Shown piece after piece: positions 25,505 to 33,048 of a stretch of DNA of 33,048 nucleotides (the stretch's first letter is position 1; each line of letters begins with the position of its first letter). Source of the stretch: Elusimicrobiales bacterium. Its GTDB lineage: Bacteria; Elusimicrobiota; Elusimicrobia; Elusimicrobiales; UBA9959. The position numbers were made by a program, and so were the translations under genes. The notes beneath the pieces are model-generated. The model did not search any database. It saw only the letters and a program-made list of their open reading frames with translations, and was not told the origin of the DNA. The stretch lies in NCBI GenBank assembly GCA_032251015.1, contig JAVVFK010000001.1, positions 1 through 33,048 on the forward strand, read 5' to 3'.

Positions 25505-26488
25505 ATGAAAACGCTCAACATCGCTTTCGCGCTTACCTTCGCTTTAACCGGCGTCCTTCAGGCCAAGAGCATGGAGCGCATGCGCGCCCAGGCCGAGAAC
25601 ATAAATATCGACACCTCCTCACTCGCGAAAAAAACCGCGCCCATTCCCCGCGCTTCGGCCGGGCCCGTCGTCTCCGGCCGCAAACAGCCGGCCGCGGCCC
25701 CGGAAGTGAAGGCTTCCACCAGCCCCCTTATAGCGGCCATAGTCCATTTCTTCCGCCTGCTTTTCGGCGCCAACGGCGACATAGAGATCGCCAACCCGGT
25801 CGCCGAGGTGCCCGAGTACGAAGGCGAACTGGCGGACGACACCGAACAGGAGACCTATGTCGAGGGTCAGGTTTATGAACCCCTGGACTCCGCCTCCCTG
25901 CCCGCCGAACCTTTCCAGCAGCAGCCGCAGACCCCCTCTTTCCAGCAGGGCCAGCCCCGTCCCGCCGCCGGCGGCCCCGCGGTGCCCGAGGACCTCAAGC
26001 GCAAAGCCCTCGATTATTTTTACGCCAATTCGGGAAAGTTCGCCAACAAGCGCTATATCGGCGTAGTGGACTTCGCCGCCCACTCCAGCCTGGACAGGTT
26101 CTGGATACTGGACCTGGTCGACGGTACCTCGCACGCCCTGCACGTGGCCCACGGCACCGGTTCGGACCCGGACAACGACGGCTACGCCACCAGGTTCAGC
26201 AATGTGCCCAATTCCAGGACGTCCTCGCTGGGTTTCTACCTCACGGGAGCCCTCTACACCGGCAAGCACGGCAGATCGATGCGGCTGCACGGCCTCTCTT
26301 CCACCAACTCCAAAGCCCTGTCCAGGGCCGTGGTGCTGCATGATTCCGACTATGTCCGCGAGGGCAGCTACAAGGCCGGCCGTTCTTTCGGCTGCCTGGC
26401 CGTGGCCAACAGCGAGATAGCCAATGTCCTGGCCTCGCTGCGCGGCGGCGCCCTGATCTACGCCGGCATCTCCAACAGCGAATTCTGA
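25505..26488 (+). CDS. Exported L,D-transpeptidase-like protein (YkuD_2 family), paralogue 2
   Basis: 327 aa. Same catalytic-domain pattern as 24608..25402 (VVDFAAHSSLDRFWILDL ... GRSFGCLAV). Also shares the acidic linker motif IANPVA..P...GEL.D ... QVYEPLD.ASL. Confidence 0.75.
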   Translation: MKTLNIAFALTFALTGVLQAKSMERMRAQAENINIDTSSLAKKTAPIPRASAGPVVSGRKQPAAAPEVKASTSPLIAAIVHFFRLLFGANGDIEIANPVAEVPEYEGELADDTEQETYVEGQVYEPLDSASLPAEPFQQQPQTPSFQQGQPRPAAGGPAVPEDLKRKALDYFYANSGKFANKRYIGVVDFAAHSSLDRFWILDLVDGTSHALHVAHGTGSDPDNDGYATRFSNVPNSRTSSLGFYLTGALYTGKHGRSMRLHGLSSTNSKALSRAVVLHDSDYVREGSYKAGRSFGCLAVANSEIANVLASLRGGALIYAGISNSEF

Positions 26489-26500
26489 ACCGTCCGTGAA

Positions 26501-26526
26501 CGGCCGCGCGCCGCGCGGTTTTTTCA
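26501..26526 (+). terminator. Probable Rho-independent terminator
   Basis: GC stem CCGCGCG/CGCGCGG followed by TTTTTT. The loop is very short, so the exact pairing is uncertain. Confidence 0.5.
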
Positions 26527-26535
26527 CGCCCGGAT

Positions 26536-26564
26536 TTGCGCCGGGCCGTAATTTGTCGCATAAT
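26536..26564 (+). promoter_or_regulatory. Candidate sigma70-type promoter
   Basis: TTGCGC, 17-nt spacer, CATAAT, about 45 nt upstream of ATG 26609. Confidence 0.4.
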
Positions 26565-26608
26565 ATCCCCGTAGCGCCGCCGGGGGCGGCCTCGACAAGG
26601 AGAGATCC

Positions 26609-26923
26609 ATGAGCAAAAACAAAGGAATTATCGGTGCGGGCGTGGGCCTGGCCGCGCTGGCCGCGGCGGGGGCCTATTTTCTTCGCGGGGACAAAGGCGC
26701 CAAAGCCAAGCGCAAGGTGCGCGGCTGGGCGCTGAAGATGAAAGGCGAGGTGCTGGAGAAGATGGAGGACATGCGGCGCATAGACCGCGACACCTACCTG
26801 GACATAGTGGACAAGGTCGCCGCGCGCTACGCCGGCCGCGACAATGTCAGCGCCGAGGAACTCAGGCACATGACCGTGGAACTGCGCAACGCCTGGGTGC
26901 ACATCGACAAGAAACTCAAATAG
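26609..26923 (+). CDS. Small membrane-anchored protein, YtxH-like
   Basis: 104 aa. N-terminal Gly/Ala-rich TM helix (GIIGAGVGLAALAAAGAYF) followed by charged helical segments. SD AAGGAGAG upstream. Confidence 0.5.
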   Translation: MSKNKGIIGAGVGLAALAAAGAYFLRGDKGAKAKRKVRGWALKMKGEVLEKMEDMRRIDRDTYLDIVDKVAARYAGRDNVSAEELRHMTVELRNAWVHIDKKLK

Positions 26924-27772
26924 TCAGCGGAAGTCCGCCAGGACCGGGCCTATGTCGATGTTCTCGACCTCGGCCCGGGCCGGCGGCTCCAGGGCGTCCG
27001 TCCCGCTCAGTTCGCCGTAGGTCGGTCCTTCCTTACTGTAGATCACGCCGATAGGCAGCCGTCCCCGCTCCTCCGCCAGCCGCATCGCCGCGGCTTTGTC
27101 GGAGGAGTCGTGGTCCGCGCCCAACTTATATACGCGTTTGGAGAACCAGTCGTAGGTGTTGAGCTTGTTGAAGGACACGCAGGGCTGGAACACGTCTATC
27201 AGCGAGAAGCCCTTGTGGGCTATGCCCGCCAATATCAGCTCCGCCAGGTGGTCCTTCTCGGCGGAATAGCCGCGCGCGACGAAGCCGCAGCCCAGCGCCA
27301 GGGCCGTCTCCAGCGGGAGGAAAGGCGCCGCCGCGACCCCGGCCGGCTGTATCCTGGTCTTCATCCCCGGCTGCGAGGTGGGCGAGGCCTGGCCCTTTGT
27401 CAGGCCGTAGATCTGGTTGTCGTGCACTATGACCGTGATGTCCACGTTGCGCCGGACATTGTGTATGAAGTGGTTGCCGCCCTCGCCGTAGCAGTCGCCG
27501 TCGCCGGTGGTCACTATGACCGTCAGGTCGCGGTTGGCCATCTTCGCGGCCGCGGCCGCCGGCAGCGAGCGGCCGTGCAGGCCGTTGAAGAACCCCGCCC
27601 CGACGTAATGCGGCGACTTGGCCGCCTGGCCGATGCCCGAGACCAGCAGTATGTCGCGCGGGTCGCGGCCCAGCCGCGCCAGCGCGGTCTTGAGAGCCCC
27701 CTGCATGCCGAAATTGCCGCAGCCCGGGCACCAGGCCACGGGGTCCGAAGAGTCGAAATCCTTAGGCTCCAT
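26924..27772 (-). CDS. 2-oxoacid:ferredoxin oxidoreductase, beta (TPP-binding) subunit
   Basis: 282 aa. WCPGCGNFG near the N-terminus and the GDGD...GGNH TPP-binding motif. Confidence 0.9.
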   Translation of the reverse strand: MEPKDFDSSDPVAWCPGCGNFGMQGALKTALARLGRDPRDILLVSGIGQAAKSPHYVGAGFFNGLHGRSLPAAAAAKMANRDLTVIVTTGDGDCYGEGGNHFIHNVRRNVDITVIVHDNQIYGLTKGQASPTSQPGMKTRIQPAGVAAAPFLPLETALALGCGFVARGYSAEKDHLAELILAGIAHKGFSLIDVFQPCVSFNKLNTYDWFSKRVYKLGADHDSSDKAAAMRLAEERGRLPIGVIYSKEGPTYGELSGTDALEPPARAEVENIDIGPVLADFR

Positions 27773-29459
27773 GATCGCCTCCTTCGAGTTCCGCCAGCAC
27801 GCCGTCGAGCGTGAAAGGGCGGCCGTCGTATTTAAGTACCGAGCCGTCGGGCTCGAGCCCGGTCTCCCGGCGCATCAGCCGGGCCAGTTGGCCGGACGCG
27901 TTGCCCTCCACGGTCAGCACCTTTTTGGCCCCGTTGAGCGCGGCCAGCGCCGCCTCCGACGGGAAAGGCCAGACCTGCGGGAAATGAACGAAGCCGGTGT
28001 CCGGTACCGCCTCGCAGACCTCGCGCAGCACGCCCAGGGTGGAACCGAAACCGCAGAGCATGGTGGGCGCGCCCGCGTTGGCCACGACCGGCTCGAGTAC
28101 CTCTTTGGCCAGGCCCGCCATCTTGAGATGCAGCCGCTTGCGCGTCATCTTCACGCGCTCGCCGGCGGATTCGGTTATATGTCCCTCCGGGCCGTGCTCG
28201 TCGCTGTCGGCGGCGGCCAGCGGCCCCGGCCTGCCGGGGAAGATCCGCGGCGAGACCCCCTCGTCGGACCAGGCGTAGCGCGGCCCCTTGTGGTCGGGAC
28301 CCGCGATCCTGCCCCGGTCGGGCGGTTCGGCTTTCTGGTCGGGGAACTCTATGTTGATGAAAGATTCGGCCAGGTGCTGGTCGGTCAGTATCAGCGCCGG
28401 GAGCTGGAAGCGGTCGGCGGTGTTGAAGGCCCGCTTGGCCGCCAGGAAGCATTCCTCGGGCGAACCGGGCGTATATACCGCGCGGGCGAACTCGCCGTGG
28501 CCGGCGTGCAGGACGAACTCCAGGTCCTCCTGCGCCGTGCGGGTGGGAAATCCCGTGGCCGGCCCGGGGCGCATCGCCACCGCTATCACCACGGGCGTCT
28601 CGGTCATCGCCGCCAGGCTCACGCCTTCGCACATCAGCGCGAAACCGCCGCCCGAACTGCCCGTCATCGCGCGCGCGCCGGCGAACGAGGCGCCGACCGC
28701 CATGTTGACGGCCGCTATCTCGTCCTCGGCCTGCTCCACTATTATCCCGTAGCGCGCGGCGTAGTCCGCCACCGTGTTCATTATCCCGGTGGAGGGGGAC
28801 ATGGGGTAGGCGGAGTAGAACTTGCAGCCCGCCGAGATGGCTCCCAGCGCCAGCGCCTCGTTGCCGGCTATGAGGCAGTCCCTGCGGTGTGCGGCGGCCG
28901 CCAGAGGGAAGCCGCAGGAGCGCCCGCCGGCCGAGACGCAGTCGAAACCCTTGCGCGCGGCTTTCACGTTGTTGGCGGCGATCTCCCCGCCCTTGGAGCC
29001 GAACTCGCGGTTTATGCCGCGCGCCGTTTCCTCGAAGTCGGCGCAGATCAGCGCGGCCAGCGCGCCCAGCGCCGCGGCGTTGGCGTAGATCGGCCCGCCG
29101 CATTCCTTGGCGATGGCGTAGAGCGGCACGTCCAGGACGCCTTCGCCTCCGGCTTCCATGCCGAAAGCGGCCGCGTCCAGCAGCAGCACGCCGCCCGGCG
29201 CCAGCGCGCCGCGGTTGGCCTCGACGGCTTCCTTGTCGAGCGCTATTACGACGTCCGCCTTATCGCGCGGCGCGTACACCGGCCGCGCCGAGACGCGCGC
29301 CTGGAAGAAGTTGTTGCCGCCGCGTATGCGGGACATGTAGTCCTGTATGGCGAAGACGTGCCGCCCGCTGTCGCGGCACATGCGGCAGAATATCGTGCCG
29401 GCTGAAACTATACCCTGGCCGGCCTCGCCGGTCAGCCTTACGCTTATCTCTGTTTTCAT
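27762..29459 (-). CDS. 2-oxoacid:ferredoxin oxidoreductase, fused gamma-alpha subunit
   Basis: 565 aa. N-terminal gamma-like LTGEAGQGIVSAG, then the alpha-subunit pattern GNEALALGAISAGCKFYSAYPMSPST. Overlaps the beta-subunit start by 11 nt. Confidence 0.9.
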   Translation of the reverse strand: MKTEISVRLTGEAGQGIVSAGTIFCRMCRDSGRHVFAIQDYMSRIRGGNNFFQARVSARPVYAPRDKADVVIALDKEAVEANRGALAPGGVLLLDAAAFGMEAGGEGVLDVPLYAIAKECGGPIYANAAALGALAALICADFEETARGINREFGSKGGEIAANNVKAARKGFDCVSAGGRSCGFPLAAAAHRRDCLIAGNEALALGAISAGCKFYSAYPMSPSTGIMNTVADYAARYGIIVEQAEDEIAAVNMAVGASFAGARAMTGSSGGGFALMCEGVSLAAMTETPVVIAVAMRPGPATGFPTRTAQEDLEFVLHAGHGEFARAVYTPGSPEECFLAAKRAFNTADRFQLPALILTDQHLAESFINIEFPDQKAEPPDRGRIAGPDHKGPRYAWSDEGVSPRIFPGRPGPLAAADSDEHGPEGHITESAGERVKMTRKRLHLKMAGLAKEVLEPVVANAGAPTMLCGFGSTLGVLREVCEAVPDTGFVHFPQVWPFPSEAALAALNGAKKVLTVEGNASGQLARLMRRETGLEPDGSVLKYDGRPFTLDGVLAELEGGDHGA

Positions 29460-29479
29460 GGATCCCCCCTGCTCACCTG

Positions 29480-29508
29480 ATTAGAGTAAAACGGCCGCGT
29501 CCTGTCAA
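29480..29508 (-). promoter_or_regulatory. Candidate sigma70 promoter of the oxidoreductase operon
   Basis: The minus strand reads TTGACA, 17-nt spacer, TCTAAT, about 20 nt upstream of ATG 29459. Confidence 0.55.
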
Positions 29509-29548
29509 CCTGCGCCGGTCTGAAATTGTATACTGTCACCGTAAGGCG

Positions 29549-30346
29549 ATGGATAAGTACTTAAAAACCAATCTCAAGAGCTGGAACGCGCGGGTCCCCG
29601 TGCACGCGGCGTCCCGCTTCTACGACGTGGACGGATTCCTGCGCGGCCGCAATGTGCTGCTTCCCATAGAGCGGCGCGAGGTCGGCCCGGTCGAAGGGAA
29701 GCGCCTGCTGCACCTGCAGTGCCATTTCGGCATGGACACGCTCTCCTGGGCGCGGCTGGGCGCAAAGGTCACGGGCGCGGATTTTTCCGACCAGGCCATA
29801 ACCAAAGCGCGCGGCCTGGCCCAACGCGCCGGCCTGGAGGCCGACTTCGTCCTCTCGGACGTCTACCGCCTGCCCCGCGCGCTGAAAGCGAAAGGAAAAT
29901 TCGACATAGTCTTCGCCTCCTACGGCGTGCTGTGCTGGATAGCCGACATAAAACGCTGGATGCGCGTGGCCGCCCATTTTCTCAGGCCCGGCGGCTTCCT
30001 CTACCTGGCCGAGTCTCACCCTTTCACAAATATTCTGGCCATGGACGGCCGCACCCAGGAACTGCCCTATTTCAACGAGGGCCCGGCCTGGGTCCCGCCC
30101 GAATACACCTATACCGACGGGCCCAAAAAAACCATGCCGCCAACATACGAGTGGTGTCACCCCATGGGAGATATACTCGGCGCCGTTAAAGCCGCCGGCC
30201 TGCGGCTGGATTTCCTCCACGAGTTCCCCTATTGCGCCTGGGAGCGCTTCAAGGGCATGAAGAAGGGCCGCGACGGTTTCTACCGCCTGCCCGGTTCGCG
30301 CAAATCCCTGCCGCTGCTCTTCTCGCTCAAAGCCTTCAAGAAATAG
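29549..30346 (+). CDS. Class I SAM-dependent methyltransferase
   Basis: 265 aa from ATG 29549. LLHLQCHFGMDTLSWARLGAKVTGADFS (motif I region) and FDIVFASYGVLCWI. The track ORF from 28889 is an antisense over-extension. Confidence 0.8.
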   Translation: MDKYLKTNLKSWNARVPVHAASRFYDVDGFLRGRNVLLPIERREVGPVEGKRLLHLQCHFGMDTLSWARLGAKVTGADFSDQAITKARGLAQRAGLEADFVLSDVYRLPRALKAKGKFDIVFASYGVLCWIADIKRWMRVAAHFLRPGGFLYLAESHPFTNILAMDGRTQELPYFNEGPAWVPPEYTYTDGPKKTMPPTYEWCHPMGDILGAVKAAGLRLDFLHEFPYCAWERFKGMKKGRDGFYRLPGSRKSLPLLFSLKAFKK

Positions 30347-30347
30347 A

Positions 30348-30373
30348 GAAGCCGGGCCCCCTGGCCCGGCTTC
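30348..30373. terminator. Hairpin between convergent genes; T-run only on the minus strand
   Basis: GAAGCCGGGCC-ccct-GGCCCGGCTTC. On the minus strand it is followed by TCTATTTCTT. Confidence 0.6.
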
Positions 30374-30395
30374 CCGTCGCGCCGCAGCCCAGCTA

Positions 30396-31304
30396 TCAGG
30401 GCTTCGCGTCCTTGGGGTCTATGAGTCCCTTGTCTATCGCGCTGAGTATGGCGTCGGTCCAATAGTTGATGTTGGCCACCATGGAGCCCACGATGAACGA
30501 GACGGTGTCGAAGATCGTGGTCAGGTTGTTCTTCTCGTTCTCGGAAAGTTCCTTGGCGCTGGTCAGCGTTATGTAGCCGAAGGTCCTCTCGTCCTTGGAG
30601 AAAGCCATCAGGTAGGTGCGGTTGTCCATCCAGCCCTTGCGCCTGGCGCGGTCGGACTTCACGTTCTTGTCGGCCATGTCGCCCATGAAGCTCTCCTTGG
30701 AGGCGACCAGGTCGTAGCTCTCGTCGAAGCGGTTCTTTATATAGCCGTTTATATTCCAGGAGCCCTTGAGGTGTTTGCTGATCTCGTCTATCGTCTGGGT
30801 AATGAATACCGGGGCCGATTTGTGCTCCTTCATGAGCAGCTTGCTCATATCGAAGAGCATGGTAAGTTCGTTGGAGGTGTGCTGCAGCCGGTCGAGCGTG
30901 ATGCGCGTTATCTCGGTGAAGACGTTCACGCCGGCGTCGGGATGCTTTTTGATGAAGTTTATAAGTTCGGGCCGGCTTATGGCGTAGAGCACGCTTTCCT
31001 TGGCGGCCCTGGCCTGGGCGAAGCGGGTCTGCCCGCCCAGCACGGCCATCTCGCCGAAGAAATCGCCCTTGCCCAGTATGGCCAGCGTCTTGAATTCGTT
31101 CTTGGTCTTATCCAGGCACTTCTCTATGACTATCTCGCCGCCGACCACCACCAGCAGGGTGTCGCCGCTTTCCTCTTCCTTGAAAACTATATCGCCCGCG
31201 GAATACTCGGTCTGGCTGAAGAATTCGGAGAATTCCTCCAGCATGGCCTCGGAAAAGTTCTTGAAGATCCCTATACCCTTGAGTTTCTTGACATCGTTTT
31301 TCAT
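30396..31304 (-). CDS. Cyclic-nucleotide-binding domain protein with an uncharacterised (possibly GAF-like) C-terminal half
   Basis: 302 aa. cNMP-binding pattern IFKNFSEAMLEEF ... GDIVFKEEESGDTLLVVVGGEIVI ... GDFFGEMAVLGGQTRFAQARA. I cannot assign the C-terminal ~150 aa. Confidence 0.8.
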   Translation of the reverse strand: MKNDVKKLKGIGIFKNFSEAMLEEFSEFFSQTEYSAGDIVFKEEESGDTLLVVVGGEIVIEKCLDKTKNEFKTLAILGKGDFFGEMAVLGGQTRFAQARAAKESVLYAISRPELINFIKKHPDAGVNVFTEITRITLDRLQHTSNELTMLFDMSKLLMKEHKSAPVFITQTIDEISKHLKGSWNINGYIKNRFDESYDLVASKESFMGDMADKNVKSDRARRKGWMDNRTYLMAFSKDERTFGYITLTSAKELSENEKNNLTTIFDTVSFIVGSMVANINYWTDAILSAIDKGLIDPKDAKP

Positions 31305-31347
31305 ATTGTCCCCTAATTGGCCGGCGCAAGGCCTGAACGAAGACCAG

Positions 31348-31374
31348 TCTATAACATAAAAGGGTTAATTTCAA
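31348..31374 (-). promoter_or_regulatory. Candidate promoter of the cNMP-binding protein gene
   Basis: The minus strand reads TTGAAA, 15-nt spacer, TGtTATAGA, within an AT-rich patch. Confidence 0.4.
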
Positions 31375-31462
31375 TTGTCGGCGCTCCGGGCGATTGCGGC
31401 GGCCGCCGCAACGGTGCCAATATTGTCCGGGGGATATGGAACAGCCCGTATACGCTTTCTAA

Positions 31463-31723
31463 TACGGCGCGCTCAGCGCCGTTTCGCTGCCGCTGGGCGC
31501 GCTGCTGCCGACCGAAAGCGAGCTGGGCGACGAGCATAAGAAGCACGGCGGGGCGGCCTTCGCCATCTGGCTGGGCATACTGCTAGACGGCATCCCCGAG
31601 TCGCTGGCGATGATAGCCGAGACCATGCTGCCCGAGGCCACGGAGCAGGGCGGCCCGGCCGTCGGCATGATGACCGTGCTCGGCTTCCTGGCCGCCATCT
31701 TCGTCAACAGCCTCCCGCATTGA
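31463..31723 (+). pseudogene. Internal fragment of a ZIP-like divalent-metal transporter gene (no start codon; ends prematurely)
   Basis: The frame opens just after an in-frame TAA (31460-31462). YGALSAVSLPLGALL...AAFAIWLGILLDGIPESLAMIAE...GFLAAIFVNSLPH*. LLDGIPES and FxSNLPE-type motifs resemble ZIP-family permeases. The stop falls inside the second motif. No ATG or GTG occurs before residue 50. Confidence 0.45.
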
Positions 31724-31750
31724 CCCGATTTGCCGCCCCGCCCCGGGGAG

Positions 31751-31759
31751 TGCTAATAT
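31751..31759 (+). promoter_or_regulatory. Candidate extended -10 promoter (TGcTAATAT) for the amidohydrolase gene
   Basis: TGCTAATAT lies 24 nt upstream of ATG 31784, with SD AAAGGAG in between. Confidence 0.4.
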
Positions 31760-31783
31760 TTCTCCCAGAGAAAGGAGCCTCCC

Positions 31784-32944
31784 ATGAACGTCCCCGAAGA
31801 GATAAAGAAACTCGTCCCCGAGATGACCGCCTGGCGGCGCGAACTGCACGCCCATCCCGAGGCCGCCTTCGAGGAGAAATGGACCTCCGCGTTCATAGCG
31901 GAGAAGCTTAAGGAATTCGGCCTGGAGCCGCATACCGGCCTGGCCGGCACCGGGGTCGTCGCCACGCTCAAGGCCGGCTCGTCAAAAAAAGCGATAGCCC
32001 TGCGCGCCGACATGGACGCCCTGCCCCTCAAAGAGGCCAATGATTTCTCCCACCGTTCGGGGACAGAGGGCCGTATGCACGGCTGCGGTCACGACGGGCA
32101 TGTAGCCATGCTGCTGGGCGCGGCCAAGCACCTGGCCTCCAAAAAAGACTTCGACGGCGCCGTCCATTTTATCTTCCAGCCCGCCGAGGAGGGGGGAGGC
32201 GGCGCCGCCAAGATGGTGAAAGAGGGGCTCTTCGATAAATTCCCGTGCGACGCCGTATACGGCATGCACAACTGGCCCGACCTGCCGCTGGGGCAGTTCG
32301 GCCTTCGCCCCGGCCCGATGATGGCCAGTTCCGATAAGTTCGAGATAACGCTCTCCGGCCACGGCTGCCACGCGGCCATGCCGCATACGGGCGTGGACCT
32401 GGTGGTGACCGCCGCGGCCATAGTGCAGTCGCTGCACACCATAGTCAGCCGCAGCATAGACCCCGTAGAACCCGCCGTGGTCAGCGTTTCCATCCTGCGC
32501 GCCGGCGGCGAAGCCTATAACATAATCCCCGACAGCGTCTTCATGCGCGGTACGGTCCGGGCCTTCAGCCCGGCCACGCAGGACGTGATAGAGCGCCGCA
32601 TCCGCGAGATCTGCGACGGCATCTGCGCCGCCAACTGCGCCCGGGCGCAGGTGGATTACTTTCGCAATTACCCGCCCACGATAAATGACGAGGCCCAGAC
32701 CGCCGTCTGCGCCGAAGTCGCCGCCGGCCTGGCCGGCAAGGATCACGTCGTAACGGTGAAGCAGGTCATGGGCGCCGAGGACTTTTCGTTCATGCTCCGC
32801 GAAAAACCCGGCTGCTACGTCTTCGCCGGCGCCGGCGCAGGCGCCCCCGCCCCGCTGCACAATCCCAGGTTCGACTTCAACGACGAACTCCTTCCCATCG
32901 GCGCCGCCTACTGGTCCGCGCTGGTTTCCAAAGTCCTGAAATAG
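31784..32944 (+). CDS. M20-family amidohydrolase (hippurate hydrolase / N-acyl-amino-acid amidohydrolase type)
   Basis: 386 aa. WRRELHAHPE, ALRADMDALP and HGCGHDGH are hallmarks of the M20D subfamily. Confidence 0.88.
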   Translation: MNVPEEIKKLVPEMTAWRRELHAHPEAAFEEKWTSAFIAEKLKEFGLEPHTGLAGTGVVATLKAGSSKKAIALRADMDALPLKEANDFSHRSGTEGRMHGCGHDGHVAMLLGAAKHLASKKDFDGAVHFIFQPAEEGGGGAAKMVKEGLFDKFPCDAVYGMHNWPDLPLGQFGLRPGPMMASSDKFEITLSGHGCHAAMPHTGVDLVVTAAAIVQSLHTIVSRSIDPVEPAVVSVSILRAGGEAYNIIPDSVFMRGTVRAFSPATQDVIERRIREICDGICAANCARAQVDYFRNYPPTINDEAQTAVCAEVAAGLAGKDHVVTVKQVMGAEDFSFMLREKPGCYVFAGAGAGAPAPLHNPRFDFNDELLPIGAAYWSALVSKVLK

Positions 32945-33048
32945 GAATAACTATGACGGGGGAATGCCGGTGTGCCAGCACGCAGGACACGGACTCGCGC
33001 GCATAGCGCGTCGGTCCTCGGCTCTCGCTCCTCGCGCTTACGATGCTC

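Noticed and set aside
28889-30346. 5'-extended versions of real genes in the ORF track: 28889 for the methyltransferase, 5268 for mfd, 17282 for the PAD-like gene, 20894 for nitroreductase, 23689 for SLT, 9857 for DUF1540.
   Set aside because: The extensions run through antisense coding sequence or the palindrome, have no SD and give implausible N-termini. Internal ATGs with good SDs and signal peptides or family-typical N-termini fit better.
30396-31304. Horizontal acquisition of the cNMP-binding gene, suggested by its lower G+C.
   Set aside because: Third-position preferences, including frequent ATA for Ile, look the same as in neighbouring genes. The lower G+C seems to come from amino-acid composition, and no mobility genes or direct repeats flank it.
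32945-33048. The right-edge 104 nt could contain the 3' end of a minus-strand gene (one frame ends ...SPCPACWHTGIPPS* at 32951), or a 17-codon plus-strand ORF (32953..33006).
   Set aside because: Only about 30 codons are visible, with no motif I can recognise and no way to judge coding potential. This is too little evidence to call a feature.
1-33048. I scanned for CRISPR arrays, tandem repeats, IS or transposon ends, integrases, toxin-antitoxin pairs, reverse transcriptases and known defence-system genes.
   Set aside because: No regularly spaced direct repeats were seen and no ORF has transposase, recombinase, nuclease-NTPase or RT signatures. The only repeats are the palindromes and paralogous leaders reported above.

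Overview
GC-rich bacterial chromosomal segment (roughly two-thirds G+C by eye, not computed). It is tightly packed with about 34 protein genes plus one tmRNA. I saw no rRNA, tRNA, CRISPR array, transposase, integrase, phage gene or recognisable defence gene. Lineage cannot be assigned from the sequence alone. Gene content is mostly housekeeping, envelope and stress functions. Left to right: two tandem SurA/PrsA-type foldase genes, PBP1A, alanine racemase, Mfd and ssrA. A co-directional block follows: DUF1540, a membrane protein, tandem USP, PolX, DUF72, a CopB-type ATPase, SHOCT and DUF2231. Then come an exported agmatine-deiminase/PAD-family enzyme, an RDD / DUF4412-like / EamA block, and nitroreductase-UvdE-GNAT-flavoprotein. 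The rest is a cell-wall cluster (lytic transglycosylase plus two YkuD_2 L,D-transpeptidase-like paralogues), a 2-oxoacid:ferredoxin oxidoreductase, a methyltransferase, a cNMP-binding protein and an M20 amidohydrolase. I do not see a convincing new multi-gene system, and this reads as an ordinary core region. Points worth a second look: (1) an in-frame junction at the left edge joining an exported SurA-like N-terminus to an M17 aminopeptidase catalytic domain; (2) alr bracketed by two unusually long, perfect, AT-richer palindromes; (3) a ~52-residue basic insertion in the Mfd motor domain; (4) a tmRNA tag ending AHA; (5) a family of GGGCCC-core palindromes and conserved leaders in front of exported envelope-enzyme genes; (6) tight PolX-DUF72 linkage; (7) an internal fragment of a ZIP-like transporter gene in the largest non-coding gap.
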